DNA of 64,000 nucleotides from Wickerhamiella versatilis (taxonomy: Eukaryota). A program made the position numbers and the translations under genes. The notes beneath the pieces are model-generated. The model saw only the letters and a program-made list of their open reading frames with translations, made no database searches and had not been told where the DNA came from. The stretch spans positions 1,674,001 through 1,738,000 of the forward strand of contig JAQOWU010000008.1 in NCBI GenBank assembly GCA_030867685.1, given 5' to 3'. Below, piece by piece: positions 1 to 9,527 of this stretch (its first letter is position 1; the number at the start of each line of letters is the position of its first letter).

Positions 1-2
1 AA

Positions 3-857
3 ATATTTAGGCTCCAGGGGATTCCTTCCCGAGAAGCATGCATATATACGTCCTTATGGGTGCTGAATCCTATGGTGTCCGTGATATCTACCAGAGGATC
101 TTCAGAGGGCTTTCTCGGAGCAATCATCATATTCATGTTGTGGGCCACGTATGCCAAAAGATACTGGCTCGCTGGACTAAGCGCTGGGTTCGCTGTTCAC
201 TACAAAATTTATCCCATCATTTACATTCCGACCATCATATGGGCCTTGGGTCCCCTCGATATAAAGAACTTTTTGAATAAAAAGCGTATCCAGTTTGCTG
301 TGGGAGCTCTCGCTTCATTTTCGGTATTGACTGGTGCAATGCTGGCAATATACGGCAATGACTATCTCCAGCATTCCTGGCTCCACCATGTGACTCGGCT
401 GGATCATCGGCACAATTTTAGCGTATACAGCACGATCCTCTACTATGCATCAGCCAATCCTGATCTAGGATGGCATTTTGAGCGATGGGCCTTTTTACCC
501 CAGCTATTCTTGAGCGGGGTCGCTCTGCCTCTGGCGTTTGCGCGTCGAGACATTGCCCGCACGATGTTTATCCAGACCCTCACCTTCGTTACTTTTAACA
601 AGGTCTGTACATCTCAGTACTTCTTGTGGTATTTAGTCCTTCTCCCTTTTGCGGTACCCAAACTGCGAGAAGCTGGGCCGTTAAAATATGCATTTCTTGC
701 CCTCTGGGTTGCGTCTCAAGCAATGTGGCTCCAGCACGCTTACCAGCTCGAATTCCTAGGAGAGTCGACTTTCTTCCCTCACCTATTTTGGGACACTGTG
801 GGATTCTTTCTGGTGAATGTTATGGGTATATGCCTTATGATAGAATGGCTAATGTAG
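3..857 (+). CDS. GPI14: GPI mannosyltransferase I (PIG-M), 5'-partial
   Basis: Motifs LNPMVSVISTRGSSE, VHYKIYPIIY, RLDHRHNFS and FVTFNKVCTSQYFLWY. The frame is open from the window edge, so the start lies upstream. Confidence 0.93.
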   Translation: MFRLQGIPSREACIYTSLWVLNPMVSVISTRGSSEGFLGAIIIFMLWATYAKRYWLAGLSAGFAVHYKIYPIIYIPTIIWALGPLDIKNFLNKKRIQFAVGALASFSVLTGAMLAIYGNDYLQHSWLHHVTRLDHRHNFSVYSTILYYASANPDLGWHFERWAFLPQLFLSGVALPLAFARRDIARTMFIQTLTFVTFNKVCTSQYFLWYLVLLPFAVPKLREAGPLKYAFLALWVASQAMWLQHAYQLEFLGESTFFPHLFWDTVGFFLVNVMGICLMIEWLM

Positions 858-906
858 CAATACGCGACACCCTAGAGTGCACTTGATAGGGATAATAAAG
901 CTTAAA

Positions 907-1761
907 TTAAACTCTATGAGAACCACGTCTCCGCAAGTGCCATTTCCGGATCACAGAGAGCAATTTCAACACTGCTTGGAAAATCTGTTCTTTAAAGAAA
1001 AACAAAAAGGCCATCTGAAGCACACTTTGCGTGACCTTTGCACCAAAGCCACGATATAGGCCCAAAATCCCTTCACCGTTTAATGCACCGCCCTGGTTAT
1101 CTTTTTGCTGGAGTCGGGATTTCAAAGTGATTAAAGGGTATGTTACACAGGTAGCCGCCAGCTTGCCCAGGGCCCCGCAGTAAAATGCATCTGTTGGAGT
1201 AAGATGCCGCGTCCGCTCAATTCGTTGCTTTATTTTCTCCAATATAGTATAGCTTATGACAGGATTCAGCACAAGAAGCATACTTGGTCCTACACCAGCC
1301 ATAAATAGCCGCAGACCACCTTCATTGTAAACTTCCTTAACAACATCCCACGTGGTTCTTTGTGTTCCCGCCTTATGTAGCATCATACGAGTATTCACAA
1401 CCCAAATAGGGTTCGTGAAAAGCGCCGTTCCTGTGCCACTCAAAATACTCGCGCAGAACGCCTGCCGGGAAGTGATCACTGGAGCACCTTCGAGATAAAT
1501 TGCCTTGATACCCTCATAGAAATAATAATAGATAAAATTTGTGAGGGTAATTCCTGTCATTGCAGATTCAATTCCTGCATAAAGGCCCTCAAAGCCCTCC
1601 TTCTTGGTTACTTCGCGTATGGCATCCAAAATCGGCTTGTGCGAGCCGGAGACTTCCGTCTGCGCTCGAGTACTGAGAGTTATCAGTGGGTACGTCACCA
1701 AAGACGACAAGGCACCACCTCCAGCTCCTGAAACTGCGTGAATTAAAGTACCGCTAGCCAT
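907..1761 (-). CDS. PMP47: Peroxisomal carrier of the mitochondrial carrier family (PMP47/PMP34-like)
   Basis: Three carrier repeats: YPLITLSTRAQ, NPIWVVNTRM and YPLITLKSRLQ. These variants are typical of the PMP47/SLC25A17 type. Confidence 0.8.
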   Translation of the reverse strand: MASGTLIHAVSGAGGGALSSLVTYPLITLSTRAQTEVSGSHKPILDAIREVTKKEGFEGLYAGIESAMTGITLTNFIYYYFYEGIKAIYLEGAPVITSRQAFCASILSGTGTALFTNPIWVVNTRMMLHKAGTQRTTWDVVKEVYNEGGLRLFMAGVGPSMLLVLNPVISYTILEKIKQRIERTRHLTPTDAFYCGALGKLAATCVTYPLITLKSRLQQKDNQGGALNGEGILGLYRGFGAKVTQSVLQMAFLFFFKEQIFQAVLKLLSVIRKWHLRRRGSHRV

Positions 1762-1811
1762 GTGGGGTAAAGTGGGGGACGTACTCAGAATTCTGCTTAC
1801 GAAATAGGATC

Positions 1812-2042
1812 ATGACGTCTGAGCAGAACGTGATTCCATCGGGAACAGGACAGGATTACGGGAAAAACGATGATGATGTCCCTCAGCTCTCGTGTGATGA
1901 AGTTGCAGAACTTATTCTCCTCAATAAACCCATTCCCGGAGTCAAAACCATCCCAGACAATCCTCTCGGGTTGGGGCCTGAGCATTCGTCCGAGTCCCAC
2001 TCATCCATTCGCCTAAAACCTTGGGAAACTAAAGATCGATAG
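1812..2042 (+). CDS. PEX39: Small DUF5572/PEX39-like protein, 76 aa
   Basis: LSCDEVAELILLNKPIPGVKTIPD resembles the DUF5572 core, and there is a C-terminal KPWE motif. Confidence 0.7.
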   Translation: MTSEQNVIPSGTGQDYGKNDDDVPQLSCDEVAELILLNKPIPGVKTIPDNPLGLGPEHSSESHSSIRLKPWETKDR

Positions 2043-2580
2043 CTCAGGTGATGATTCAATGATACCTTTTTATCGGTCTGATTTACCATTCTTTGGAATC
2101 ACAGGATTCTAGCTTGTCATTTTCATCCAACGATAGCTCTGGTCCTCTTTCCGCGTTTAGCCTTCCTACGCTCCATGGATTATGGTATTATTCCTTTAAT
2201 GTAAAATTTATCTCTCACTTGTACACTTAAGGGCATGATACTCGATCCTCCATCAACGAACAAATTGTCTGGACATTGCGAGGAATGAGGATCTTGCAAC
2301 GCATATTTTCATCATCTTCCTTTTTTTTCTCGCTCTATATCTAAATATCGCCTGACCTCACGAAAAATGGTAGTCGGAAGCAGACATAGCATAGCTCTGG
2401 TGTGACATATGAAAATAATTTAACAAGACTGCTATACGGGATTTATCCACTGAGGAAATACCGAATTCAACGACTGCGTAGTTGGAATCGCAGTTTTTGT
2501 TTTCCTAAAATGCCTATGAATAGAGTGAGACAGGTTCGAAAGAATAATTCACTGCTGCGCGGCTTAGTAGTCCTTCGTTG

Positions 2581-3867
2581 ATGGGACTTGAGTTTCCAGC
2601 GCCATGGTTAATCCATGAGCTGAGAAAGAAGGGGAAGCTGGGCTATACACTTGATGGCTTTGCGGATATTCTCGCTGCCCGAGTTTCGAGTCCCCGCCCG
2701 TGGGATCCACATGGAGCAGATAGGGAGCTTCTATTCATTCTGCGAGGATATCTCCGCATCGCTCGAACTGAAAAAGATGTGCAGGCACACACAGCTCTTG
2801 AAAAAGTTGCATATGAGCTATGTGTTCATCGAAGAGCTGTTGTGGACTCTCCGGTAGAAACAGTTTGGGATCTTGTTTGTGTATTTGGGCCGAAAAATAG
2901 CACATCCGTCATTGCATACCTGGATTCCCTTCCTAAGCTTTTTTCAAAAAAGCTTGGCCGACTGATTGACAGCTTAGCGCATCAAGATCATGTAGAGGAA
3001 CAGTCCAAGTATGCACTCGCAGTGCTCTTTTCATCGCAACTTGCAGCATCATTTGCCAATCGGGAGTGGCAGAACGATATTAAAAAAATACGGACAGACA
3101 ATTCAAGTCTAATCTTACGAACCTGTGAGCTCTATTTACTGTCGAGCCCTGTTTCTGAACTGAGGCAAGTGTTCCCCCAATTGCCGCGGGTGCGGGCTCG
3201 AGAGCTCCTGCATGGGTACGATAATAATGTTGATGTGACCACTCAATATATATTGGACAATCCTGAGGTTATTGATGAACCTCATAAAAAGCCGCGACTA
3301 GTGCAGCTTGATCGCAACCAGCCGCGGAATACAAGGACGGGAACAGGAAATTCGAATGCGATGTTCGAGAAGACCCTTGAGCTAACCAGTGCCCTTAGCG
3401 ATGAAGATCCTGATGATGAACCAGAAATTGCTAATGAAGGGGAGAAGTCACAGGCAGACAAGGCTGTAGATGCCACTGAAAAGTTGTTATTCGAGACCTC
3501 CATGACAACTCCAGAAGTATTCAACACAGATAAGGCTACGTCCAATGAAAGAAAGATTTTGCGTAAAAAGACTGGATGGACAGACCGCCAATTGGAAGCA
3601 TGGTATCAAGGTATTTGCCATGATATGTTAGAGCAGTCAAAACTCGCTCGACGCTACGGATTTGGCTATGGTGCCGGACGTCAGGCAAACCAAGCAGTTG
3701 CCCCTCCACAATCCACAAAACGCAAGAAAAACATCAAACCTCATCAACAGCAGCAACAGCAGCAACGGCAACAATCAAAACCTTCATCAAGTAAAGCTGC
3801 GGGTGGAAAATCGCGAAACCAAAACTCGAAGCCACTTAGAAAACAAAAGGCTACGAAGCCTACCTAA
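2581..3867 (+). CDS. CUE3: CUE-domain protein, Cue3/Rqt3 (ASCC2-like)
   Basis: CUE-like segment VSELRQVFPQL...LLHGYDNNVDVTTQYILD, late GWTDRQLEAWY and a basic tail. First ATG at 2581. Confidence 0.65.
   Translation: MGLEFPAPWLIHELRKKGKLGYTLDGFADILAARVSSPRPWDPHGADRELLFILRGYLRIARTEKDVQAHTALEKVAYELCVHRRAVVDSPVETVWDLVCVFGPKNSTSVIAYLDSLPKLFSKKLGRLIDSLAHQDHVEEQSKYALAVLFSSQLAASFANREWQNDIKKIRTDNSSLILRTCELYLLSSPVSELRQVFPQLPRVRARELLHGYDNNVDVTTQYILDNPEVIDEPHKKPRLVQLDRNQPRNTRTGTGNSNAMFEKTLELTSALSDEDPDDEPEIANEGEKSQADKAVDATEKLLFETSMTTPEVFNTDKATSNERKILRKKTGWTDRQLEAWYQGICHDMLEQSKLARRYGFGYGAGRQANQAVAPPQSTKRKKNIKPHQQQQQQQRQQSKPSSSKAAGGKSRNQNSKPLRKQKATKPT
3745..3774 (+). repeat. CAA/CAG microsatellite encoding polyQ within CUE3
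   Basis: caacagcagcaacagcagcaacggcaacaa encodes QQQQQQQRQQ. Confidence 0.7.
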
Positions 3868-3895
3868 CTTTTTAATAACAACATGTAGCATTAAA

Positions 3896-5062
3896 CTAAT
3901 CGCTAAAGCCACAGAAATCGTCCGAATCCGCTACATCTGAACGTTCAGACTCAGGTGAATCTGAAACGATCTCTTCGGATGAATCTTCTGGGTCCAGCAT
4001 ATATCGATCGTTTTCGGCATCTATATCTTTCTCTCCAGGAAAGTCGTCCTCTTCGACACGTCTTCGCTTTGAGAGGTTTTTCCACATTGCTTCATCCGCC
4101 TCCAGTGTTTCCTCATTATCATCCTGAATAAAAGCCAATGAGTTAATTTCCTCGCCGAGATAAACTCTTCCTGCAGTTTCACGGAGTTTCATAACAAAAA
4201 CTCTCAGGTATCTATCAAGTCCTCCAGCCGCAATAAACTCATTGTGAATGGCTAAGGCCCTTGTTGAGCCTGTTACCTTTGGGAAATGGCCCAGAAGCTT
4301 CCAAGGCTGAATGCCCCACAACCCAAGTTTGGATTGCGAATCACCAAAAACAATCCATTTTGACTCCAGGCATGCCAAACTCGGCACACGGTATTTGGAC
4401 ACTTGCGTTTGTTCTAATGGGGCACTGCGCGGCTGAGAATTAATATCATACAGACGAAGTTTTCCATGCGCTGTGGATGTTACAATGCTATTCTCATTTG
4501 CAAAGCAAGCACCAATGACGGAGTTTGGTTCTCGCAATCCAAGTCTTGTTTTAGGGGGGTTCTTTGCTTTCCAAATACGAATTGGTGTGCCATGCTTAAT
4601 ATCCAAGTCGAAAACTTGAGGAAGGGTATCCTCGCCAGCAACTAAAAATCGATTTCTGCGCGATTCACAGCTCACTGCAAGATTAAAGGTACCGTCGAGC
4701 TGAAACTCTGTTTTATGATAGGTTTTGAGGTCATATAAAGCTCCTTTACCATCAGCGGTCACGGTGCAAACCACCTTGGGACTTACAAGAAAGAGTCCAA
4801 CAATATTTTCTTGCAGATTACCAAAATCATGAATGAGTTCAAATGTTTCTAGGTCATAGGCACCCACATGCCCCTTTTTGCGAACAACAAACAGAAGCTG
4901 CTTAGATTTCACGGCGAGAAGCCGGATGATAGGGTCTCCTTTAGACGCCAGGTATGTACTAATGACAGGTTTAGGACTCTCCGGATTCCCTGTATCGCAC
5001 TCCCGAACAAATTTGACGCATTTAAGAGAGGCAGAATCTTCTGTTGCTGCCAATATAAGCAT
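3896..5062 (-). CDS. NSA1: 60S ribosome biogenesis WD40 protein Nsa1/WDR74
   Basis: Likely start MLILAATEDSASLK; motifs IWKAKN, TAHGKLRLYD...PR and GGLDRYLRVF; acidic tail. Confidence 0.85.
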   Translation of the reverse strand: MLILAATEDSASLKCVKFVRECDTGNPESPKPVISTYLASKGDPIIRLLAVKSKQLLFVVRKKGHVGAYDLETFELIHDFGNLQENIVGLFLVSPKVVCTVTADGKGALYDLKTYHKTEFQLDGTFNLAVSCESRRNRFLVAGEDTLPQVFDLDIKHGTPIRIWKAKNPPKTRLGLREPNSVIGACFANENSIVTSTAHGKLRLYDINSQPRSAPLEQTQVSKYRVPSLACLESKWIVFGDSQSKLGLWGIQPWKLLGHFPKVTGSTRALAIHNEFIAAGGLDRYLRVFVMKLRETAGRVYLGEEINSLAFIQDDNEETLEADEAMWKNLSKRRRVEEDDFPGEKDIDAENDRYMLDPEDSSEEIVSDSPESERSDVADSDDFCGFSD

Positions 5063-5200
5063 AAAGTCTACAAATCCTCCGGTTACATAATATTTGTACA
5101 TGTACATATATATTCGATTTCGCATAGCTTCAATTCTCTTAAAAAAAAATACACACAACTGTTATATATATTATTGGCTCATGCTTGGAGTGCCTATAAT

Positions 5201-6133
5201 TTATTGCTCGTTTTCTCTTTCATCCGCATTAACAACTGCCATACATTGAAAGGGCCCCGTATAAAGTCGTTTCCAAAATCGTACCTTTGCATCGTCACCT
5301 GCTGATGCCAGGATAGTGCCTGTGGCATTCCACGAAACGCGCCAAACCTCGCCTTCGTGATCAGCAGATTCGTGAACCAAACTTGGTGCTTTGTTTTCTT
5401 CTACGCAGAAGATGCGGACATAGCCATCCTTGCAGGCCGTGGCCACATAGCTGTACGATCTTCCAATAGAAGGACTCCATTTTATGTCTCTTATTAGACC
5501 GCGATGTTGAGCTAATTCACCAGCACGCACATAATTCGTGCCAGTCTCATCGAGCTTAAATATAACCGCATCCTCAAGGACCGATACCACGAAGGCAGTC
5601 CCTTTTCCCGAGGGTGCCCAAGAAAGTGAAAAGGAAGATTGCAATTGACGAGCGACAGGATGGTTCAGTAGGGGAACCTCTGTGACCTGCGTCCAGGAAT
5701 GCAAATTATTCGGGTCCAGTGCTTCATATATCCGAAGTACCCCATCCGCTGCGATTGCAGCCAGTTTCAAGGAGGAAGAGTTTGGCGAGAAATCCACGTC
5801 GTACACCGGGCCTTTAAAATCCGTCATTGTATGACAGGGACGCCAGCGTCGACCTGATCCAGGGGCTTCGTCCACACATTCTTCCCAGATTTTCACCGTA
5901 CAATCATGTGAAGCGCTTGCCAGGAGTTGAAAGAATTGCGGTCGGGCCCAAGACAGCTTCACCACAGCTCCATCATGTGCTCGCCAGGAATCATTCTGTA
6001 TCCATTCACCATCATTTTGACGATCAAAAACCTTGATTGTATGGTCTATGGACGAGGTGGCTAGGCGTGCACCGTAGAAATCATACGCGCAATCTGTTAT
6101 TAGATCCTGATGGCCCGGAACTAGTGCTCGCAT
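5201..6133 (-). CDS. SEH1: Nucleoporin/SEA complex WD40 protein Seh1
   Basis: GHQDLITDCAYDFYGARLAT, SWRAHDG, GRSYSYVATACKDG and VWRVSWNATGTILASAGDD. Confidence 0.93.
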   Translation of the reverse strand: MRALVPGHQDLITDCAYDFYGARLATSSIDHTIKVFDRQNDGEWIQNDSWRAHDGAVVKLSWARPQFFQLLASASHDCTVKIWEECVDEAPGSGRRWRPCHTMTDFKGPVYDVDFSPNSSSLKLAAIAADGVLRIYEALDPNNLHSWTQVTEVPLLNHPVARQLQSSFSLSWAPSGKGTAFVVSVLEDAVIFKLDETGTNYVRAGELAQHRGLIRDIKWSPSIGRSYSYVATACKDGYVRIFCVEENKAPSLVHESADHEGEVWRVSWNATGTILASAGDDAKVRFWKRLYTGPFQCMAVVNADERENEQ

Positions 6134-6446
6134 GTCAGCAACAAGCTAGGTCAGAGATGTCCAGGCTTTGGGCCCAGCGTCAGTACCGTAGAAGTGCGTG
6201 GCAAAAACTGCCAATCAACAGAAATTACAGTTTATATCGATGTATTTAACTTTTTTTGTTTGTATTAAATATTGGATAGATGGTAAACGGCTTATAAAAG
6301 CTATTTATGCGTTGGCACATGAGCGTGGCTTCATTTCAGCATATTTCGAGTAGAAATAGAAATTTTGTATGGTTTCATACCCTTAAGATGTTTGTTTTGC
6401 GGTCCATATGTATGAATAGTCCCCGGTGTCTGATTTAGGTGCTTAC

Positions 6447-9400
6447 ATGCTTCGTCTGCTAGCGCCTCCGCCTCAGAGCGCGGAGGCTGCTATACTTACA
6501 ATATGCGATCGCTTGGAGAACTCAACGATGCTTGAGGATCGGTGTTCAGCTATTCTAGGTCTCCGGGGATTTGCAACGGATCACCGTGAGACGGTCGCGG
6601 CCAACGGCATGCGCGGGCTACTCTCGGCACTTGTTAAGGACACCAAATTTGACCAAGAACTGCGGCGAGCGTGTCTTGAAACCCTGGTGAATTTATTTGG
6701 CACTCCTCGTATTGCCAAGCAGCGAGTAAAGCATAAGCGATACTTATCGCCGCTCCTGACCACCAGACAGGTTGACGATATAAGCAGATGGCTTGCTGAC
6801 CAGAGCTTTCAAAATGAGGATGTGCTTTCAAGTCTGTGTGATATTGCCCGGGATATTGGTGATCCCTATAGTAGCATGTATGCCTTACAGCTCATCTCAG
6901 CCATGGCGGCTGCCCGCCCCGACCGTGCGGCAGAGGCTGTAATTGCTGAGCCCACAGGTGCAGCTACTCTGGTAGGCTCACTTGGATCGGAGTCTGAAAT
7001 GGTAAGGCATGAAGGTGTTGTATTATTGTTGAACTTGACAATAGGCCATTCTGACCTTCAGAAACTAGTGGCTTTCGAGGGAGCATTCGACAAGCTCTGG
7101 GACATAATTGAGAATGAAGGAGGTATATTTGGTGGTGTCATGGTGGAAGAATGCTTGTCATTATTAGCCCGACTTCTTGAATACAATGTCGCCAATCAAG
7201 TGATGTTTGTTGAGAGCGATAGTCCTCGGAAATTGGAAGATTTATTGGCTGATGGTGAGATTGAATACTGGGGGGCCTCTCAGACTGAAACTAATGTGTG
7301 TGCTTCCTTAGAACTACTCTCGCTTTGTGTTACTGGCCCTGATACTCAAAAGCATAATCAAACTAGACTGCGGCCGGCCCTTCTTCCCGCTCTTAAACTG
7401 GCATTTGGATCTAGCACCCCAGTACAGGTTCGCACTACCTCATTGAGAGCTGTTGCTTCATTGATCTACCAGAACCCGGAGTTGCAGTCAGAGGTCCTGG
7501 CCATCGACGTCCCTTGGTATGATCTCACCCTCGCGCGGGTTGCCGGACCACCGCCCGTATTGCCATGCTCACAAGCACTTGCCGGATGGGCTGTGAAACT
7601 TGGCTTAACCCACCTGTTTGAGTTGCGAGCTGCATCCCTGGTGGCCCTTGATGCTGGCATCAACGATTCTCACGACATGCAGTTCATCTCTGAACAAATT
7701 GAAAGTCTCGGTTCCGGGGAAGGAATACTCAGCGTTCTTGCCGATCCGAGCGAGGAGGACGATGCTAGACTAGATCCTTATCGTATATGGTTTGCTGCTG
7801 CGATTGTCATGAATATTATTTCCCGAAACGTTGAAGCTAAGGATCGTTTGACAGAGATCTCTGTGGGTGATGAATCACTTGGCCAAGAACGTCATCTACT
7901 AATCCAGGCTGTAGCAGGACAGCTTCAGTACTACTTGAGTCAACCTGTTAGTGCTGCTCTTATAGGCTACCTACAGCTTTTTACAGTATGGCTATGGGAT
8001 AGTACAAGCGCAGCCTCAGCGTTCGTTGCAGAGTCCTCGACAATTCAAAGCTTGATTGCTTTTGTCGTTGGTGGTGGTGGATCCAATGGCCCAGCTGGAA
8101 GCCTTGCTTCGTCGTTAGCTGCAGTGGTTTTGGGTGTTGCTTATCTCTTTTGCCCACCCGATGCGCCCTTAGCTCGCTCTGAGCTTTGGAAAATACTTAC
8201 CACGGCTCTGGGGCAGGACCAGTATCAATTGCATATTCGGAGGCTTGCGAAAAATCCGGAGTTCCATGATTTCGATGTTGAGGATATGTTTGCACCTCCA
8301 AGAGATGTGGATGATGGGATGCCGCGCATCTTTTTTGAATCAAGTTTCGTTGATCTCATGCAGCAAGAATTGTCACGGGTCCAACGCGCGCTGGAGAAAG
8401 ATCCTACAATAGAGCCTGCTGCAAGAATCTCCTTAGAAGACTTTGACCAGCTCCAAGCGTTGAATTTAGAGCTATCCAACTCAGTCGAAAGTCTTAAGAC
8501 TGAACTTTCTAAGTCTAGAAAACAGTACGAGAGCTTGAATGAACAATTTCAGACTGTAACCAACGAAAAAACTGCCATAGACTCCCTTCGCCCCAAATAC
8601 GACTCGCTAAGAACTGAGACCGACCAATTGAAGGAGAAGTTTGATAAAATTACTCAGGAATTTGAAGAATTGCGAGAGAAGCATAGGGAGCTGCAAGAAT
8701 CGTACGATAAGGCCTCTCATGAGTCTATTTCGGTAACACGAGCAAGAACAAAGGCTGAAGAGGGTGTAAACAAGCTTGCCAGGGAGGTCTTCGAGCTCAC
8801 AAAACAAGAAGAACAGTCTCGGAAACGTTGCGACCAGCTAACTAAATCACTGAAGCAAGTCGAAACCAAACTCGAGAAATCCCAGAATCTCAACGACGCA
8901 CTGAAGTCACAAGTAGAAAAAGCCGTTAAGGAAGCAAAAGATTCGTCAAAAAGCAGGGATGATGCGCTATCAAAAGCTGATACCGCGTTGGCTGAGGCAG
9001 AGACAGCAAAGAAAATGATCGAGCAAGCTTTAGAGGAGCGGCGTCATCTAACAGAATCCATCAAAAAACAGTCCAAACAACTTCAAGACGCTGAATCTCG
9101 CACTGCAAGCATAAATGATTTAGAGAAGAAGTTGGAAAACGCAAAAAAGGAAGCTGCAGAGGCTAAAGCTGCAGCCGCAAAGTCTCAGGATAATGCTGCA
9201 ACAGAAAAAGACGTCGAGAAAGCGAAAAAGATAGCATCTCAAGCATTGGCAGATAAATTAAAATTCAAAGAGGATGTCGATTATTATCGCGAAAAGTCGG
9301 TATCTGCAGAAAAAGCAAAAGCTGAGAAAGAAACAGAGCTTGATGAGCTATTGGTGCTAATAGACGGTCTCACCGAACAAAAAAATCAGTATAAAAATCG

Positions 9401-9455
9401 TCTCAAAAAATATGAGGAGGTATCAGACTCAGAAGATGAAGACGAAGAAGAATGA
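6447..9455 (+). CDS. USO1: ER-Golgi tether Uso1/p115
   Basis: Armadillo head (LENSTMLEDR..AILGL, QKLVAFEGAFDKL), long coiled coil and acidic C-terminus. First ATG at 6447. Confidence 0.9.
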   Translation: MLRLLAPPPQSAEAAILTICDRLENSTMLEDRCSAILGLRGFATDHRETVAANGMRGLLSALVKDTKFDQELRRACLETLVNLFGTPRIAKQRVKHKRYLSPLLTTRQVDDISRWLADQSFQNEDVLSSLCDIARDIGDPYSSMYALQLISAMAAARPDRAAEAVIAEPTGAATLVGSLGSESEMVRHEGVVLLLNLTIGHSDLQKLVAFEGAFDKLWDIIENEGGIFGGVMVEECLSLLARLLEYNVANQVMFVESDSPRKLEDLLADGEIEYWGASQTETNVCASLELLSLCVTGPDTQKHNQTRLRPALLPALKLAFGSSTPVQVRTTSLRAVASLIYQNPELQSEVLAIDVPWYDLTLARVAGPPPVLPCSQALAGWAVKLGLTHLFELRAASLVALDAGINDSHDMQFISEQIESLGSGEGILSVLADPSEEDDARLDPYRIWFAAAIVMNIISRNVEAKDRLTEISVGDESLGQERHLLIQAVAGQLQYYLSQPVSAALIGYLQLFTVWLWDSTSAASAFVAESSTIQSLIAFVVGGGGSNGPAGSLASSLAAVVLGVAYLFCPPDAPLARSELWKILTTALGQDQYQLHIRRLAKNPEFHDFDVEDMFAPPRDVDDGMPRIFFESSFVDLMQQELSRVQRALEKDPTIEPAARISLEDFDQLQALNLELSNSVESLKTELSKSRKQYESLNEQFQTVTNEKTAIDSLRPKYDSLRTETDQLKEKFDKITQEFEELREKHRELQESYDKASHESISVTRARTKAEEGVNKLAREVFELTKQEEQSRKRCDQLTKSLKQVETKLEKSQNLNDALKSQVEKAVKEAKDSSKSRDDALSKADTALAEAETAKKMIEQALEERRHLTESIKKQSKQLQDAESRTASINDLEKKLENAKKEAAEAKAAAAKSQDNAATEKDVEKAKKIASQALADKLKFKEDVDYYREKSVSAEKAKAEKETELDELLVLIDGLTEQKNQYKNRLKKYEEVSDSEDEDEEE

Positions 9456-9527
9456 TTTAGAATTGATAAGCAGGAGCATAATAACTAGTTTTCCTTGTCT
9501 ATTAATATATAAATACATATATGCACG

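Noticed and set aside
2047-2081. GTGATGA...CTGA resembling a C/D box snoRNA
   Set aside because: Boxes are only about 25 nt apart, with no second box pair or recognisable rRNA guide.
5063-5158. N-terminal extensions in the ORF track (NSA1, UBP8, RPP1, SLD7, CBM protein)
   Set aside because: They use non-ATG starts or AT-rich intergenic sequence; homology begins at the downstream ATG.
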